NCBI RefSeq assembly: GCF_000384255.1 | Contig: NZ_KB913035.1 | Coordinates: 1,784,808 to 1,848,807, forward strand | Source: Methylotenera mobilis 13 | Lineage (GTDB): Bacteria > Pseudomonadota > Gammaproteobacteria > Burkholderiales > Methylophilaceae | Length of the DNA stretch: 64,000 nt | Direction: 5' to 3' | Part shown: piece after piece, positions 40,242-51,972 of the stretch | Layout of the letters: the number at the start of each line of letters is the position of its first letter | Position numbering within the stretch: the first letter of the stretch is position 1 | The notes under the pieces: model-generated | Seen by the model: only the letters and a program-made list of their open reading frames with translations | The model's database searches: none | What the model was told of the DNA's origin: nothing | Program-made: the position numbers and the translations under genes

Positions 40242-41318
40242 TTAGTGCGCTTTTTCAAATTCCTGCATATAACTCACCAATGCCTGAACACCTTCAATCG
40301 GCATTGCATTATAAATTGACGCACGCATTCCACCGACCATGCGATGACCTTTCAACTGCAAAAGACCATTAGCTTCTGCGCCCTTTAAAAAGGCATCATT
40401 CAACGACTCATCGGACAAAAAGAAAGGAACATTCATACGTGAGCGGTTAGGGATAGCTATGTTGTTAACATAAAAATCAGTGCTATCAATGTAATCGTAA
40501 AGCAAATTAGCTTTTTTAATGTTTACTTGCTCTATCGCACTCACACCGCCCTGCGCTAGAAGCCACTCAAAGACTAAGCCAGCAATATATATGCTATAAG
40601 TGGGTGGCGTATTAATCATAGATTGATTTTCAGACTGCGTTTTCCAATTAAATACTGCTGGCGTTAAAGGTGATGCGCGATCAAGTAGGTCTTCTCGCAC
40701 AATGACGATACATAGTCCAGCCGGGCCAATATTTTTTTGTGCACCGCCGTAAATCACGCCATACTTAGTCACATCAATCGGCCGAGAAAGAATATGTGAA
40801 GACATATCAGCGACAATAGGCACATCACCGGCATCTGGCAAACCATCAAACTCTACACCATTGATTGTTTCATTAGTACAGATGTGCAGATAGGCCGCAT
40901 TTTTATTAAGCTTCCAAGTAGAGAACGCCGGTACATTGTTAAAGCCATCCGCTTCACTACTGGCAACCACATTGATTTTTCCATACGCATTAGCATCATC
41001 TACACTGCGTTTAGACCACGCACCTGTTACTACATAATCAGCCTCTCCACCATTGAGCAGGTTCATTGGGATAATTGCATTTTCGGCAATGGCTCCACCT
41101 TGTAGAAACAACACTTTATAGTTTTGTGGAACATTAAGAAGCTTACGTAAATCTGCTTCAGTTTTAGCCAAAATACTGGTGAATTCTTTACCTCTGTGCG
41201 ACATTTCCATCACACTCATGCCAGAGCCATGCCAATCTAACATCTCGGCTTGAGCACGCTCAAGTACTGATTTAGGTAAAACTGCTGGGCCTGCTGAAAA
41301 GTTATAAATTTTAGTCAT
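40242..41318 (-). CDS. serC: Phosphoserine aminotransferase.
   Basis: 358 aa with the N-terminus MTKIYNFSAGPAVLP. Confidence 0.9.
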   Translation of the reverse strand: MTKIYNFSAGPAVLPKSVLERAQAEMLDWHGSGMSVMEMSHRGKEFTSILAKTEADLRKLLNVPQNYKVLFLQGGAIAENAIIPMNLLNGGEADYVVTGAWSKRSVDDANAYGKINVVASSEADGFNNVPAFSTWKLNKNAAYLHICTNETINGVEFDGLPDAGDVPIVADMSSHILSRPIDVTKYGVIYGGAQKNIGPAGLCIVIVREDLLDRASPLTPAVFNWKTQSENQSMINTPPTYSIYIAGLVFEWLLAQGGVSAIEQVNIKKANLLYDYIDSTDFYVNNIAIPNRSRMNVPFFLSDESLNDAFLKGAEANGLLQLKGHRMVGGMRASIYNAMPIEGVQALVSYMQEFEKAH

Positions 41319-41435
41319 TAATTAAGTGATAGATCAAAAATATTATTTAAAATTAAGTATTTACATCTGAAATTTATTGATTGAGTTGCAAGCAATACAC
41401 GTAACAAGCGCGTGTATTGCTAACCTCTCTATAGG

Positions 41436-44054
41436 TTATTCGACTTCTTTATCGATTTCGACATCACCGTCAATTTCACCATTGATTTCAATGCCACTAT
41501 CGATCTCACCATCTTCATCCTCATCGGTTTCTACGATTTTCTCAATTCCAGATAGTTTTTCGCCTTCACCAAGGTTAATCAAAGTGACGCCTTGAGTTGC
41601 ACGGCCTAACTCACGAATTTCACTCACACGTGTGCGAATCAATACGCCACCTGTGGTAATCAGCATAATTTCATCTTCATCGTTCACTAGTTTTGCTGCA
41701 ACGACAAGACCATTACGTTCGCTCACTGCAATCGCTTTCACGCCTTGTGTACCACGGCCTGAACGGCGGAAGTCTGCTAGTACAGTACGCTTGCCATAAC
41801 CGTTCTCAGTCGCCACCATCACAGTTTGTTGGTCATCCGATGCAATCAATAATGATAGAACTTGCTGACCTTCGGCAAGCCTCATGCCTCGAACGCCACG
41901 TGTTGCGCGACCCATTTGACGCACTTCATCTTCATCAAACCATACCGCTTTACCACCGTTGGACACTAGCACCACATCGTTACTGCCGTTGGTGATTTCA
42001 GCACCAATTAAGTAATCACCATCATCTAGATTAATCGCAATAATGCCTGATTTACGTGGATTAGCGAATTCTGTTAACGCGGTTTTCTTGACGGTACCAA
42101 GTGAAGTTGCCATGAAGATAAAGTGATTTTCATCAAAGCTTTTCACCGAAAGAATCGCGTTGATTTTCTCGTTTTCTTCTAACGGGAATAGGTTAACAAT
42201 AGGTTTACCGCGACTTGTTCGGCTACCTTGCGGAACCTCATACACTTTAAGCCAATAAACACGACCACGATTAGAGAAGCATAAAATGTAATCATGAGTA
42301 TTCGCCACGAACATTTTATCGATAAAGTCATCTTCTTTTGTTGCTGCAGCTTGTTTACCACGACCACCACGTTTTTGCGCACGATACTCGTCTAGAGGCT
42401 GAGATTTAATATAGCCAGTATGAGATAAAGTCACCACTACATCTTGCGGCGCAATCAAATCCTCTAGCGACAAATCTTGTGCGTTTTCAACAATCTCACT
42501 GCGACGCTTATCACCAAACTGTCTTCTGATTTCATTCAACTCGTCAGTAATAATAGTCGTCACACGTGAAGCTGTTGCAAGAATATCAAGCAAGTCCGCA
42601 ATCACATCCATAACTTCTTTGTATTCGTTGACTATCTTATCTTGCTCAAGACCAGTTAAGCGTTGCAGGCGCATTTGCAAGATTTCTTGCGCTTGCACAT
42701 CGCTCAATTTGTAACCATCTGGCGTCAAACCAAAATTCACTGCGAGTCCATCTGGACGAGCAGCTTCCATCGCAGCGCGTCTCAACATCTCTTCAACCAC
42801 TGGAGACTGCCAAGATTTTGCCATCAAGTCTTTTTTGGCTTCAGGCGGTGTTGGCGCCGCTTTAATGATAGCAATCATTTCATCTACGTTTGCTAGCGCC
42901 ACAGCCAAGCCTTCTAACACATGGCCACGCTCGCGCGCTTTTCGCAATTCAAACACAGTGCGGCGCGTGACTACTTCACGGCGGTGACGTAAGAACGCTT
43001 CTAGCATCTGCTTCAAGTTTAGCAAACGTGGCTGTCCATCTAACAAGGCCACCATGTTCATACCAAAAGTATCTTGAAGCTGTGTTTGTTTATATAAATT
43101 ATTTAAAACAACTTCAGGAATCTCACCACGCTTCAGTTCAATCACTACGCGCATGCCTGATTTATCAGACTCGTCACGTAAATCAGAAATCCCTTCGATT
43201 TTCTTCTCGTTCACAAGCTCAGCGATTTTCTCAATCAGCGTTTTCTTGTTTACTTGGTAAGGCAGTTCATCAATAATGATTGATTGGCGCCCCCCCTTGT
43301 CCATGTCTTCAAAGTGAGTACGTCCACGCATTACAACGCGACCACGACCTGTACGATAGCCCTCTTTAACTCCCACAGTACCGTAAATAATTCCTGCTGT
43401 TGGGAAGTCAGGTGCAGGCACTAGTTCGATTAAATCTTCAACCGTGGTCTCTGGATTTTTAAGTAAGGCAAAACAGGCATCGAGCACTTCGTTAATATTG
43501 TGTGGTGGGATGTTTGTTGCCATACCTACCGCGATACCTGAGCTACCGTTAATCAGCAGGTTAGGAATACGTGCAGGCATGATGAGTGGCTCATGCTCAG
43601 AACCATCATAGTTGGGACCAAAGTCTACAGTTTCTTTATCAATATCGGCTAACAGCTCATGTGCAATTTTCGCCATACGGATTTCCGTATAACGCATTGC
43701 AGCCGCATTATCACCATCCACTGAACCAAAGTTACCTTGTCCGTCGACCAGCATATAGCGTAATGAGAAATCCTGCGCCATACGCACGATGGTGTCATAA
43801 ACAGCTGTATCACCATGGGGATGGTACTTACCGATCACATCACCTACAATACGCGCTGATTTTTTATATGGTTTATTGTAATCGTTAGATAGCTCATGCA
43901 TCGCGAACAAAACGCGTCTATGCACAGGCTTCAGACCATCACGAACATCGGGTAAAGCACGCCCCACAATTACGCTCATTGCGTAATCGAGGTAAGATCG
44001 ACGCATCTCGTCTTCTAAACTAATTGGGAGGGTTTCTTTAGCGAATTGATCCAT
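41436..44054 (-). CDS. gyrA: DNA gyrase subunit A.
   Basis: 872 aa. Active-site region AMRYTE. Quinolone-resistance-determining region [11 protein letters not shown]. Acidic C-terminal tail. Confidence 0.95.
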   Translation of the reverse strand: MDQFAKETLPISLEDEMRRSYLDYAMSVIVGRALPDVRDGLKPVHRRVLFAMHELSNDYNKPYKKSARIVGDVIGKYHPHGDTAVYDTIVRMAQDFSLRYMLVDGQGNFGSVDGDNAAAMRYTEIRMAKIAHELLADIDKETVDFGPNYDGSEHEPLIMPARIPNLLINGSSGIAVGMATNIPPHNINEVLDACFALLKNPETTVEDLIELVPAPDFPTAGIIYGTVGVKEGYRTGRGRVVMRGRTHFEDMDKGGRQSIIIDELPYQVNKKTLIEKIAELVNEKKIEGISDLRDESDKSGMRVVIELKRGEIPEVVLNNLYKQTQLQDTFGMNMVALLDGQPRLLNLKQMLEAFLRHRREVVTRRTVFELRKARERGHVLEGLAVALANVDEMIAIIKAAPTPPEAKKDLMAKSWQSPVVEEMLRRAAMEAARPDGLAVNFGLTPDGYKLSDVQAQEILQMRLQRLTGLEQDKIVNEYKEVMDVIADLLDILATASRVTTIITDELNEIRRQFGDKRRSEIVENAQDLSLEDLIAPQDVVVTLSHTGYIKSQPLDEYRAQKRGGRGKQAAATKEDDFIDKMFVANTHDYILCFSNRGRVYWLKVYEVPQGSRTSRGKPIVNLFPLEENEKINAILSVKSFDENHFIFMATSLGTVKKTALTEFANPRKSGIIAINLDDGDYLIGAEITNGSNDVVLVSNGGKAVWFDEDEVRQMGRATRGVRGMRLAEGQQVLSLLIASDDQQTVMVATENGYGKRTVLADFRRSGRGTQGVKAIAVSERNGLVVAAKLVNDEDEIMLITTGGVLIRTRVSEIRELGRATQGVTLINLGEGEKLSGIEKIVETDEDEDGEIDSGIEINGEIDGDVEIDKEVE

Positions 44055-44382
44055 ATTTTGACTGTCTTATAATGGTTTTTATATGACACAAATTTTAACA
44101 TGATTAGCGCGCAAAATAACGCTTACAACCATACTTTTAACATAGTTTTTCAACGTTAAAAATAGGGGCTAAATCTCGTTCAAATTTAATAAGCAAACAA
44201 GCTGGAAATTGCTTAAATCTGACTAGTTTCAGGGGTGTTTTATGCGAGGTTTGACAGCACCACAAATTTAGCGACCAATATCAAACCTACATCATGAGTC
44301 TTAAGTTAATTTCATTGGATACAGTAGCCTAATACTAGCTGACAATTAACTTCCCATCTTTGTATTCATTAGAGCAATTTTA

Positions 44383-45156
44383 TCAAGGCACCTTGTAATG
44401 CTCTTGTGTCATTAAATCTACACCACACTCCAGATTCTCGACCCAATTGATAAATCGATTCACCATGTCCTTACCCACGAATGAACGTCCATGCTGCGGC
44501 ACAATTGAATCAATCTCAAGATTACGTACCATTGCGGCCCATAAACGGCAAGCCTTGTTGGAGGTCATATATCGACGGTGAAAGGGCAGCATCGTAGGCA
44601 AATGCTCATCAAAATTAGTGACGGGCTCAATAGCAAGGTCATGATGTACCAAAGAAGCCCCCAAATCTCCTGAGAACAAAATCTTACTTGTCACATCGTA
44701 AAACTGGAAATTACCTTCAGAATGGAGAAAATGTGCAGGTATCGCTTTGATAATTGCACCACCTAACGTGATATTCATACCACAGTCAGGAATGCCAATA
44801 ATGCGGTTTTTTGTATTTCCCACACTGCAAAAGTGCGGCAAGAATCGCTCCCAAATAGCCGGTGCAAGCACCTTGCACTCAGTACCTACTAGCCACTTAT
44901 TAATGGATGCGACAATATCAGGATCTTGGTGTGAGGCGAAGATATAATCCAACTTGCGAAAGTGAAAGTACTTACCCATCCCCATCACCAATGCACTATA
45001 GGTCATATTACCACCCGGGTCGATAAGCGCCCCATGTCCATCGTTCACAATCAAAAACTGGTTTGATTGAACAGCCTCATCTGATGAATCAGTATCTGAT
45101 AAATCACTGAATTTTACACAAATGTGTTTCCCATTATTAAATAGTTCCGATGCCAC
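44383..45156 (-). CDS. MBL-fold metal-dependent hydrolase-like protein.
   Basis: 257 aa with an atypical SHQDPD motif in place of HxHxDH and further His/Asp ligands. GTG start. Confidence 0.45.
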   Translation of the reverse strand: MASELFNNGKHICVKFSDLSDTDSSDEAVQSNQFLIVNDGHGALIDPGGNMTYSALVMGMGKYFHFRKLDYIFASHQDPDIVASINKWLVGTECKVLAPAIWERFLPHFCSVGNTKNRIIGIPDCGMNITLGGAIIKAIPAHFLHSEGNFQFYDVTSKILFSGDLGASLVHHDLAIEPVTNFDEHLPTMLPFHRRYMTSNKACRLWAAMVRNLEIDSIVPQHGRSFVGKDMVNRFINWVENLECGVDLMTQEHYKVP

Positions 45157-45311
45157 GTTTTGCTAACCCTTTGACGAGAAATCAAAACTGCCCATTACTA
45201 AATGATATTGCAATGAGCAGAATGCTGATTGGTTGATGAAGACAACGCTAAGGTTGTCTTTTTACCTCAACCAAACTCTCTAGGACATGATGCACATCAA
45301 AGAAGCACGTA

Positions 45312-46505
45312 CTAGCTTACCAATAACGCCAAATCAGCTTTCAAATCTTCAATGTGCTCTAGGCCCACTGCAATACGTACCAAACCATCACTGATACCTG
45401 CTGCCAGGCGCGCCTCAGGCGTCACTCGACTGTGTGTGGTGGTTGCTGGATGTGTAATCGTGCTTTTTGCATCACCTAAATTTGCAGTAATGGATATCAG
45501 TTGCGTAGAGTCAATGAGTGCCCATGCTGACTCTTGCGCAGTTTTACCTGATGTTGGTTTCACTTCAAAAGTTACAATGCCGCCACCGCTAAGTTGCTGG
45601 CTCATGGCTAGCGCATGCTGTGGATGAGACTTCAAACCAGGATAATGTACACGACTAACTTGCGGCTGTGCTTCTAGCCATATTGCCAAAGCCAAGGCAT
45701 TTTTGGCATGCGCTTCCATACGTACATGCAACGTTTCCAACCCTTTTAAAAACACCCATGCATTAAAAGCACTCATGGTCACACCAGCTGTGCGTAAAAA
45801 TGCATAAACTGGCTCCATTAAGGTCTTAGAGCCGAGCACTGCACCACCCAAGCATCTGCCCTGCCCATCAATATATTTTGTTGCGGAGTGAATCACAATA
45901 TCCGCACCCAACGCTAGTGGCCGCTGTATTGCTGGTGTGCAAAAGCAATTATCTACCACCAAATGTGCACCAGCTTGATGTGCAATATCAGCCAACAAAC
46001 GAATATCACATACTTCAGTTAGCGGGTTAGAAGGCGTTTCTACAAAAAACAGTTTAGTTTTTGCTGTTGCAGCAACAGCCCACTCATCAGGCTCAGTAAG
46101 TGATACAAAGGTTACCTCCAAGCCCCAGCGCTTAAGTATATTGCCGAACAACTGCACGCTAGTACCAAATATACTGCGAGAGGCAACAACATGATCACCA
46201 GCTGAACACAAGCCCATAACACACGCTAAAATTGCAGACATCCCGCTAGATGTGGCTACACATTGCTCAGCACCTTCCAAAGCAGCCAGCTTATTTTGGA
46301 ACATTGTGACCGTTGGGTTAGTAAAGCGCGAATAAATATTGCCAGGCTCTGTGCCACCGAATCGAGCAGCAGCTTGTGCTGCACTTTTAAATCTAAAGCT
46401 TGAGTTCAGAAACAAAGCTTCAGAGTTTTCTCCGTATTCAGTCGACTCACTACCAGCACGTACACTCAGCGTTTCCGGGTGAAATTGTAAATTATTATTC
46501 ATCAT
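45312..46505 (-). CDS. metZ: O-succinylhomoserine sulfhydrylase (Cys/Met-metabolism PLP family).
   Basis: Cys/Met PLP-enzyme motifs. Start trimmed to the ATGATG 3-5 nt after GAGGAA. The track's longer start lies inside the upstream hairpin loop. Confidence 0.85.
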   Translation of the reverse strand: MMNNNLQFHPETLSVRAGSESTEYGENSEALFLNSSFRFKSAAQAAARFGGTEPGNIYSRFTNPTVTMFQNKLAALEGAEQCVATSSGMSAILACVMGLCSAGDHVVASRSIFGTSVQLFGNILKRWGLEVTFVSLTEPDEWAVAATAKTKLFFVETPSNPLTEVCDIRLLADIAHQAGAHLVVDNCFCTPAIQRPLALGADIVIHSATKYIDGQGRCLGGAVLGSKTLMEPVYAFLRTAGVTMSAFNAWVFLKGLETLHVRMEAHAKNALALAIWLEAQPQVSRVHYPGLKSHPQHALAMSQQLSGGGIVTFEVKPTSGKTAQESAWALIDSTQLISITANLGDAKSTITHPATTTHSRVTPEARLAAGISDGLVRIAVGLEHIEDLKADLALLVS

Positions 46506-46527
46506 TTCCTCTAAGTTCTCGGGACAT

Positions 46528-46570
46528 AAAAAAACCCGCTCAAGCATTGCGCTAAAACGGGTTCTTTTTT
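46528..46570 (-). terminator. Terminator/attenuator hairpin between purF and metZ.
   Basis: AACCCG-loop-CGGGTT followed by T7 on the minus strand. Ends only about 13 nt before the metZ ribosome-binding site. Confidence 0.6.
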
Positions 46571-46723
46571 ACTCGCTTTAGCTGTATTTATAATGCGCCC
46601 GCAAGCTGAGTGTGGCCTTGATTAATGTTGGCAAACTCAAATCAGCGCAACTTCATGTTAGTCTTAAGTGTAAACACAGTCAAGTATTTAACATGAGCAA
46701 TTACGTATTTTAAATGACCTAAT

Positions 46724-48268
46724 TTAAGCGCCCTCTTCAACCTCAAGTCCATTGGCGTTGATTAAATTCAAATCCAACTGGGTACTTGAATTTGCTGGTT
46801 TAGCGTTCTTTTGTCCATCACCACGTGCAGACTCAATTTTTGACAAATATGCTTCACTGATATCACCAGTCACATACTTACCATCAAAGCAAGAACAGTC
46901 AAAATCTTTGATTTTAGGATTGCTTTGCTTGATATCATCGACCAAAGCATCAAGATCTTGATAGATGAGTGCGTCAGCACCGATCTCTTTACAGATTTCC
47001 TCATCGCTACGTCCAGTTGCTAACAACTCGTCGCGACTTGGCATATCAATACCATACACATTTGGGAAACGAACTGGAGGCGCTGCTGAAGCAAAATACA
47101 CTTTAGTCGCGCCTGCATCACGTGCCATCTGCACAATTTGCTGTGAGGTTGTGCCACGCACGATAGAGTCATCCACCAGCAGAACATTCTTGCCTTTAAA
47201 CTCAATCCCAATTGGATTTAGTTTTTGACGGACTGATTTTTTACGTAATGCTTGACCAGGCATAATAAACGTACGGCCGATATAACGGTTTTTAATAAAA
47301 CCTTCTCGATAATCTAAACCTAACGCCAACCCTACTTGAAGCGCACTTGGACGACTAGTATCAGGAATAGGAATCACGACATCAATCTTTTTGTCTGCCC
47401 ATTCACGCTTGATTTTCTCAGCTAAGCTCTTTCCCATATCCAAACGCGTTTGATATACAGAGACACCATCAATCACTGAGTCTGGGCGTGCTAAATATAC
47501 ATACTCAAAAATACATGGATTGAGCTTCGCTTCATCAGAACATTGACGTGAGTAGAAATTACCTTCCATATCAATAAATACCGCCTCACCAGGCTCAACG
47601 TCACGTAAAACTTCAAAACCCAAGACATCCAAAGCCACACTCTCAGAAGCGACAATGTATTCTGTGCCTTTATCAGTTTCACTCTTACCAATCACTAGTG
47701 GACGAATACCATTCGGGTCACGGAATGCAAGTAAACCAAAGTTAGCAATCATCGCAACAACGGCGTATGCACCTTTACAACGCTTATGAACACCAGCAAC
47801 TGCATCAAAAGCCATGTCAGTATTTAGTACGGCGTTGCGCGATGTTTTTTCAATCTCATGTGCAAGTACATTTAGCAACACTTCAGAATCTGAACTGGTA
47901 TTAATGTGACGTAAGTCCTGACGGAACATTTCTGATTTTAATTGCTCAGAATTGGTCAAGTTACCGTTATGTCCTAACACTATGCCAAACGGAGAGTTTA
48001 CATAAAACGGCTGAGCTTCAGCAGCATTGGAAGATCCGGCTGTTGGATAACGGACGTGAGCAATACCGGCATTACCAACAAGGCTGCGCATATGACGTGT
48101 TTGAAACACATCTTTTACCAGTCCGTTATTTTTATGCATAAAGAATGTGTTGCCATCACAGGTCACAATGCCGGCTGCATCCTGCCCCCTGTGCTGAAGT
48201 ACCAGTAATCCATCATACAACAACTGATTAACTGGATTTTTACCTACAATGCCTATAATTCCACACAT
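46724..48268 (-). CDS. purF: Amidophosphoribosyltransferase.
   Basis: Starts MCGIIGI (Ntn Cys) and carries a PRTase domain. Confidence 0.95.
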   Translation of the reverse strand: MCGIIGIVGKNPVNQLLYDGLLVLQHRGQDAAGIVTCDGNTFFMHKNNGLVKDVFQTRHMRSLVGNAGIAHVRYPTAGSSNAAEAQPFYVNSPFGIVLGHNGNLTNSEQLKSEMFRQDLRHINTSSDSEVLLNVLAHEIEKTSRNAVLNTDMAFDAVAGVHKRCKGAYAVVAMIANFGLLAFRDPNGIRPLVIGKSETDKGTEYIVASESVALDVLGFEVLRDVEPGEAVFIDMEGNFYSRQCSDEAKLNPCIFEYVYLARPDSVIDGVSVYQTRLDMGKSLAEKIKREWADKKIDVVIPIPDTSRPSALQVGLALGLDYREGFIKNRYIGRTFIMPGQALRKKSVRQKLNPIGIEFKGKNVLLVDDSIVRGTTSQQIVQMARDAGATKVYFASAAPPVRFPNVYGIDMPSRDELLATGRSDEEICKEIGADALIYQDLDALVDDIKQSNPKIKDFDCSCFDGKYVTGDISEAYLSKIESARGDGQKNAKPANSSTQLDLNLINANGLEVEEGA

Positions 48269-48309
48269 GTATCGAGCCTTAACTGATGAGTTCTATTTAA
48301 ATGATGATT

Positions 48310-48801
48310 CTAGTCGTATTTAACGTGCTTAGCGATGCCCTCTGGTACCCAAGGCAATAAACTAAGCACTAGCGCTTCAATTGGGGCGCTAAACATAGCA
48401 TTGCGCCATCTAGAATCTTTAGGTATATCGGTCAAACCTGCGAGAAAAACGATCACACACACAATCAGCAGACCACGGGCCACCCCAAATAAAGCGCCTA
48501 AGAAACGATTCAACCAGCCCAATCCAGCTTTTTTAAAAATTGCAGATAGGGCAATGCCCAATAACGTAGCAAGCAATAAAGTTGCTAAAAAAAGTACCAA
48601 AAAAGCTGCCAAGACGCGAAGTGCATCGTTAGGGATATCTATCGGCATCATAGGAAGGAGTTGGTTCGTATAAGTAACACCAACATAAAACGCAGCGACT
48701 AAACCAACAATCGCTAGCACTTCTCTAATCATGCCACGCATCACGCTTAATATTACAGACAATCCTATTATGATTAATACAATATAGTCAAAAATCGTCA
48801 T
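48310..48801 (-). CDS. cvpA: Colicin V production membrane protein CvpA.
   Basis: 163 aa, 4 TM helices. Conserved position upstream of purF. Confidence 0.85.
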   Translation of the reverse strand: MTIFDYIVLIIIGLSVILSVMRGMIREVLAIVGLVAAFYVGVTYTNQLLPMMPIDIPNDALRVLAAFLVLFLATLLLATLLGIALSAIFKKAGLGWLNRFLGALFGVARGLLIVCVIVFLAGLTDIPKDSRWRNAMFSAPIEALVLSLLPWVPEGIAKHVKYD

Positions 48802-48866
48802 TTTAAATCTTTATCAGTTCCATCAAAAAGCATCGTTGTTTCAGGCTAGCGCGAAGTAGTATCGAA

Positions 48867-49628
48867 CTAATCATTACTAATAACGATACCAGGTAGCCCA
48901 ATCTCTTTGATCTTCACCAGTGCATTCATCGCATCCTGGCGAGATGTAAACTTACCAGCCTTGAGGCGAAGTCCATCACCCTTAGGGGTCGTCGCTTTTT
49001 CGGTAGTGGTTGCAAAACCTGCCTGCTTAAGTTGATCTTGCAAGCGTTTTACATTCGCAGCATCAGAATACACCCCCACCTGAACTGTAAAACTACCTTC
49101 AGACTTTGTTGGCACTTTAGCTTCAACAGCTTTAACAACAGCAGTGACTTCGGTCGGTATTTTTTCAACAGGTTTAATGGTTTTGACAGGTTCCGCCTTC
49201 TTGACCTCGTCTTTTGGCACAGCCACTGGCTTTGGAATATCTACTGGCTCGGCTTTGGTTTCAGTGACTTTCGCTAAAGACTTTCTGCGCTCAGCCTCCT
49301 TTGCTTCTGCTGCTTTTAGCGCTGCAATACTTTCCGCACTTGGTGTATCAACGGACTCAACCTCAGTTGCATATTCAGCCTGAGCCGCGGGCAGCTCATG
49401 CTCTGAAGGCACTGGCATTTGTTGATCATTTTGCACATAAGCTTGCTCGTGCTTCACCTCAGGCATTGTAATTTTAATAGAATCTGGCTTTGTCTGCCCT
49501 GAACGGTCTTGAAGTATCTGCGGCAAAATAATTAGCATTAAAAGCACAAGCGCAATGGCACCGACTAAGCGCCTACGTGCCCTCTTTTTAAGTATTAATG
49601 CTTGATCCACTGGCAAATCTACAGACAT
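48867..49628 (-). CDS. SPOR-domain cell-division protein (DedD-like).
   Basis: N-terminal TM, a Pro/Ala/Lys/Glu-rich linker and a C-terminal SPOR fold (FTVQVGVYSD..). Confidence 0.7.
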   Translation of the reverse strand: MSVDLPVDQALILKKRARRRLVGAIALVLLMLIILPQILQDRSGQTKPDSIKITMPEVKHEQAYVQNDQQMPVPSEHELPAAQAEYATEVESVDTPSAESIAALKAAEAKEAERRKSLAKVTETKAEPVDIPKPVAVPKDEVKKAEPVKTIKPVEKIPTEVTAVVKAVEAKVPTKSEGSFTVQVGVYSDAANVKRLQDQLKQAGFATTTEKATTPKGDGLRLKAGKFTSRQDAMNALVKIKEIGLPGIVISND

Positions 49629-51013
49629 TACTGCTTCCTTAAGGATGTGTTGACATGTTCATTTAAATATTGCATCACACCAGACACAGTAAAAAACGAA
49701 CCGAACGCTACAATTTTATCATTTTCATTCGGTTCTATACAGCTTTCTCTATCGAGATAGGCTTGATAATATGCATCACCCAAATTATTAAAAACTTTTA
49801 CTGGCGCGTTAGGAGCTGCTTTGTTAATGGCCTCTAACAATACAGCAACGCTCGCACCTCTACTATGCTCAATAGGAGCAACGTACCATGCGTTAACCTC
49901 CCCCTTCAATGCATCAACCACACCCTTAATATCTTTATCTGCCAGCATAGAAAAAACTGAAAAAACACGAGGATTCTGATTGGAATGGCTAATAGCTGTT
50001 ACGCTGTTTTCCTTTAGCACTTTCAGATTTTCTGCTAAAGCTATTGCTGCATGTGGGTTGTGTGCAACATCTAAAATCAACCAAGGAAAGCGGGAGTCGG
50101 TATAGAATCTTCCAACCAGCTTAATTTCTTGCATTGCTTTTGCAATCGCCACCTCTGACACAGGCAACGCTGACTGCAACGCTATTACCGCAGTAACTGC
50201 ACACGCTGCATTATTTAACTGATAACGCCCCTTTAAAGCAGGAATAGGCAAATGGTGTATTCGTTGCTGGTTGCTTAGGTAATACCAACCAGTTTTAGTT
50301 AGCTCGTATCCAAATTCATGCTGTATGCATTTGAAATCAGCATTCACTTTTTTAGCATATGCATTTAAGGATTCAGGAGGATCATTATCACCGCATATTG
50401 CTGGAATTGCAGGTCTATAAACACCAGCTTTTTCATAAGCAATTAACTCTCTTGTGTGCCCCAAAATATCTTGATGATCTAAATCTATGTTGGTGACAAT
50501 CGTACAGTCAGGTTCAAAGGCATTCACAGCATCCAATCTGCCACCAAGCCCTATTTCCAAAATCGCGACATCAACCCCAGTTTGAACAAAATGCCAAACA
50601 GCTGCCAATGTGCCTATTTCAAAATACGTGAGTGATATTGCATCAGCGTTATGTGAACCACCTTGTCGTGCCTCTTCAACTGCAGCAAATGCAGCGCATA
50701 AGGACTCATCACTGGCGTCTTGTCCATTGATGTTAACTCGCTCGTTATAACGTAAAATATGTGGCGATGTATAGCAGCCTACGCGATAACCAGCATGCTT
50801 GTAAATTTGTGACAACATCGTGCAGGTTGAGCCCTTACCGTTAGTACCTGCTACCGTAATAATCTTAAACGCTGGCCTTAACCCTAACCGGTCAATCACT
50901 ACTTTAACTCGACCCAATCCCATTTCAATGGCATTTGGATGTAATTGCTCAATATATTTTAACCAAGTTAACAAGTCTCTAGGTGGCGCTTCATGCTTCA
51001 AGCTGTTAGACAT
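49628..51013 (-). CDS. folC: Bifunctional folylpolyglutamate synthase / dihydrofolate synthase.
   Basis: Mur-ligase motifs (VAGTNGKGST). Its stop overlaps the SPOR gene's ATG by 1 nt. Confidence 0.9.
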   Translation of the reverse strand: MSNSLKHEAPPRDLLTWLKYIEQLHPNAIEMGLGRVKVVIDRLGLRPAFKIITVAGTNGKGSTCTMLSQIYKHAGYRVGCYTSPHILRYNERVNINGQDASDESLCAAFAAVEEARQGGSHNADAISLTYFEIGTLAAVWHFVQTGVDVAILEIGLGGRLDAVNAFEPDCTIVTNIDLDHQDILGHTRELIAYEKAGVYRPAIPAICGDNDPPESLNAYAKKVNADFKCIQHEFGYELTKTGWYYLSNQQRIHHLPIPALKGRYQLNNAACAVTAVIALQSALPVSEVAIAKAMQEIKLVGRFYTDSRFPWLILDVAHNPHAAIALAENLKVLKENSVTAISHSNQNPRVFSVFSMLADKDIKGVVDALKGEVNAWYVAPIEHSRGASVAVLLEAINKAAPNAPVKVFNNLGDAYYQAYLDRESCIEPNENDKIVAFGSFFTVSGVMQYLNEHVNTSLRKQ

Positions 51014-51088
51014 GCAAAAAACCTTTATGCATTAATAGTCCACCCCAAGAATTAATCACTAAGTTTAAAATTTAACTAATCTCAAATA

Positions 51089-51952
51089 TTAAGCCACTGC
51101 TGGCAAACGCATTAAATTAGCTAATAATGAGGCCAATCGGTTACGCATTTCACGGCGATCAATAATCAAATCAATTGCTCCATGTTCTAATAAAAACTCT
51201 GCGCGCTGGAATCCATCCGGCAAAGTCTCACGTACGGTTTGCTCAATCACACGAGGTCCTGCGAAGCCAATCAAAGCTTGAGGCTCTGCCACAATCACAT
51301 CACCTAACATTGCAAAGCTAGCAGACACCCCGCCCATCGTTGGGTCCGTCAACACAGAAATGTATGGCAAACCAGCTTTGCTTAATTGTGTTAACGCAGC
51401 ACTGGTTTTTGCCATTTGCATGAGCGATAACAAACCCTCTTGCATACGTGCACCACCACTGGCAGAAATACAGATAAATGCCATTTTGTTGTCAATCGCA
51501 GTTTGTACGCCACGCGCAAAACGCTCACCCACAACAGAGCCCATTGAACCACCCATGAATTTGAACTCAAATACCGCAACCACTGCAGGCACTGACTTGA
51601 TACTGCCTTGCATCACAATCAAGGCGTCTTTTTCATTAACGGCTTTTTGTGACTCTTTAATACGCTCAGCATAGCTTTTGCTATCTTTAAACTTTAATGG
51701 GTCAATTGGTTGAACATTTGCACCAATCTCAAATTGTCCTTCCACATCTAGCAACTGTGCCAAACGTGCACGTGCACCTATACGATTATGGTAGCCACAT
51801 TTTGGACAGACTTCTGCATTATCTTCTAAATCTTTACGATAGAGCACAGACTGGCAAGATGAACACTTACTCCATAGTCCTTCTGGCACTGTTTTCTTAT
51901 CAGCACCAACAACACGTTGAATTTTTTGCGGTAATTTATTTAACCAACCCAT
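51089..51952 (-). CDS. accD: Acetyl-CoA carboxylase carboxyltransferase beta subunit.
   Basis: Zn-ribbon [16 protein letters not shown] plus a carboxyltransferase domain. Confidence 0.9.
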   Translation of the reverse strand: MGWLNKLPQKIQRVVGADKKTVPEGLWSKCSSCQSVLYRKDLEDNAEVCPKCGYHNRIGARARLAQLLDVEGQFEIGANVQPIDPLKFKDSKSYAERIKESQKAVNEKDALIVMQGSIKSVPAVVAVFEFKFMGGSMGSVVGERFARGVQTAIDNKMAFICISASGGARMQEGLLSLMQMAKTSAALTQLSKAGLPYISVLTDPTMGGVSASFAMLGDVIVAEPQALIGFAGPRVIEQTVRETLPDGFQRAEFLLEHGAIDLIIDRREMRNRLASLLANLMRLPAVA

Positions 51953-51972
51953 TGCATATCCTTTTTAACAAA

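Noticed and set aside
41389-41420. 10-11-bp inverted repeat (gcaatacacg / cgtgtattgc) just downstream of gyrA.
   Set aside because: No U-tract on either strand. It may be a weak structure or an operator for serC, but the evidence is insufficient to call a terminator.
41377-41595. 72-aa plus-strand ORF with SISTSPSIS repeats.
   Set aside because: Antisense to the repetitive acidic C-terminal tail of gyrA. The repeat merely mirrors the Asp/Glu/Ile codon repeats.
46545-46547. Track start codon for metZ giving an extra 14 N-terminal residues (MLERVFLCPENLEE).
   Set aside because: That ATG sits in the loop of the upstream terminator hairpin. The downstream ATGATG has a GAGGAA ribosome-binding site, and homologs start near MNNNLQFHPETL.
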